Assembly (NCBI GenBank): GCA_964234715.1
Contig: OZ174278.1
Source of the DNA: Podarcis melisellensis
Taxonomy: Eukaryota
Direction: 5' to 3' (one strand)
Length of the DNA stretch: 64,000 bases
The position numbers and the translations under genes were made by a program. Below the pieces are notes generated by a model. That model searched no databases. It was not told the DNA's origin and was given only the letters and a program-made list of their open reading frames with translations. Positions 63,900 to 64,000 of the stretch are shown here, in pieces (position 1 is the first letter of the stretch; each line of letters begins with the position of its first letter).

Positions 63900-64000
63900 C
63901 AAGGGTGGTCAACATGGTAGTGTCCAGAAAGTGCTGGACTCCAGTTCCCTGAGTCCCAGTTAGTATGGCCAGAAGTCAGGGATGATGTGATCTGTAGTCC
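63900..64000. mobile_element. Degraded hAT MITE running off the window end
   Basis: CAAGGGTGGTCAAC...CCAGA..TGCTGGACTCCAGTTCCC...GGGATGATGTGATCTGTAGTCC, related to the 21652 family. Confidence 0.55.

Noticed and set aside
1-64000. CRISPR array, operon or other prokaryote-type system
   Set aside because: Eukaryotic intronic and intergenic DNA with no regularly spaced repeat-spacer array or dense coding.

Overview
Vertebrate genomic DNA, inferred from its repeat content to be squamate and probably a lacertid lizard (Sauria-type SINEs, a Bov-B LINE, tRNA/CR1-tail SINEs, squamate hAT and Tc1/mariner MITEs). The only host gene I can support is at the very start. Bases 1-70 translate as NTSDLIDVGYVGSSSQGQFSGEL, which I recognise from memory as the C-terminus of ROBO2 (+ strand). 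A 1.7-kb last intron (71-1772) follows, then a terminal exon whose first two bases complete a split stop codon (T|AG). The 3' UTR is AT-rich, lacks recognisable transposons and is rich in miRNA seed matches; it runs to about 5.5 kb. The remaining ~58 kb looks intergenic (in other amniotes this is the gene desert between ROBO2 and ROBO1). It holds many transposon copies, several with clear target-site duplications and two nested insertions, plus solo-LTR-like elements, degenerate palindromic elements, microsatellites and several repeat-free blocks with neural transcription-factor motif clusters. The ORF track contains no other credible host genes; its recognisable ORFs are LINE remnants. I found no clear evidence of a new multi-gene system. 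The most interesting leads are the ROBO2 C-terminal splice architecture, the 3' UTR miRNA/polyadenylation layout, SINEs with different tRNA heads on one tail, a possible composite MITE unit and candidate enhancers. Family names are from memory, not database searches.
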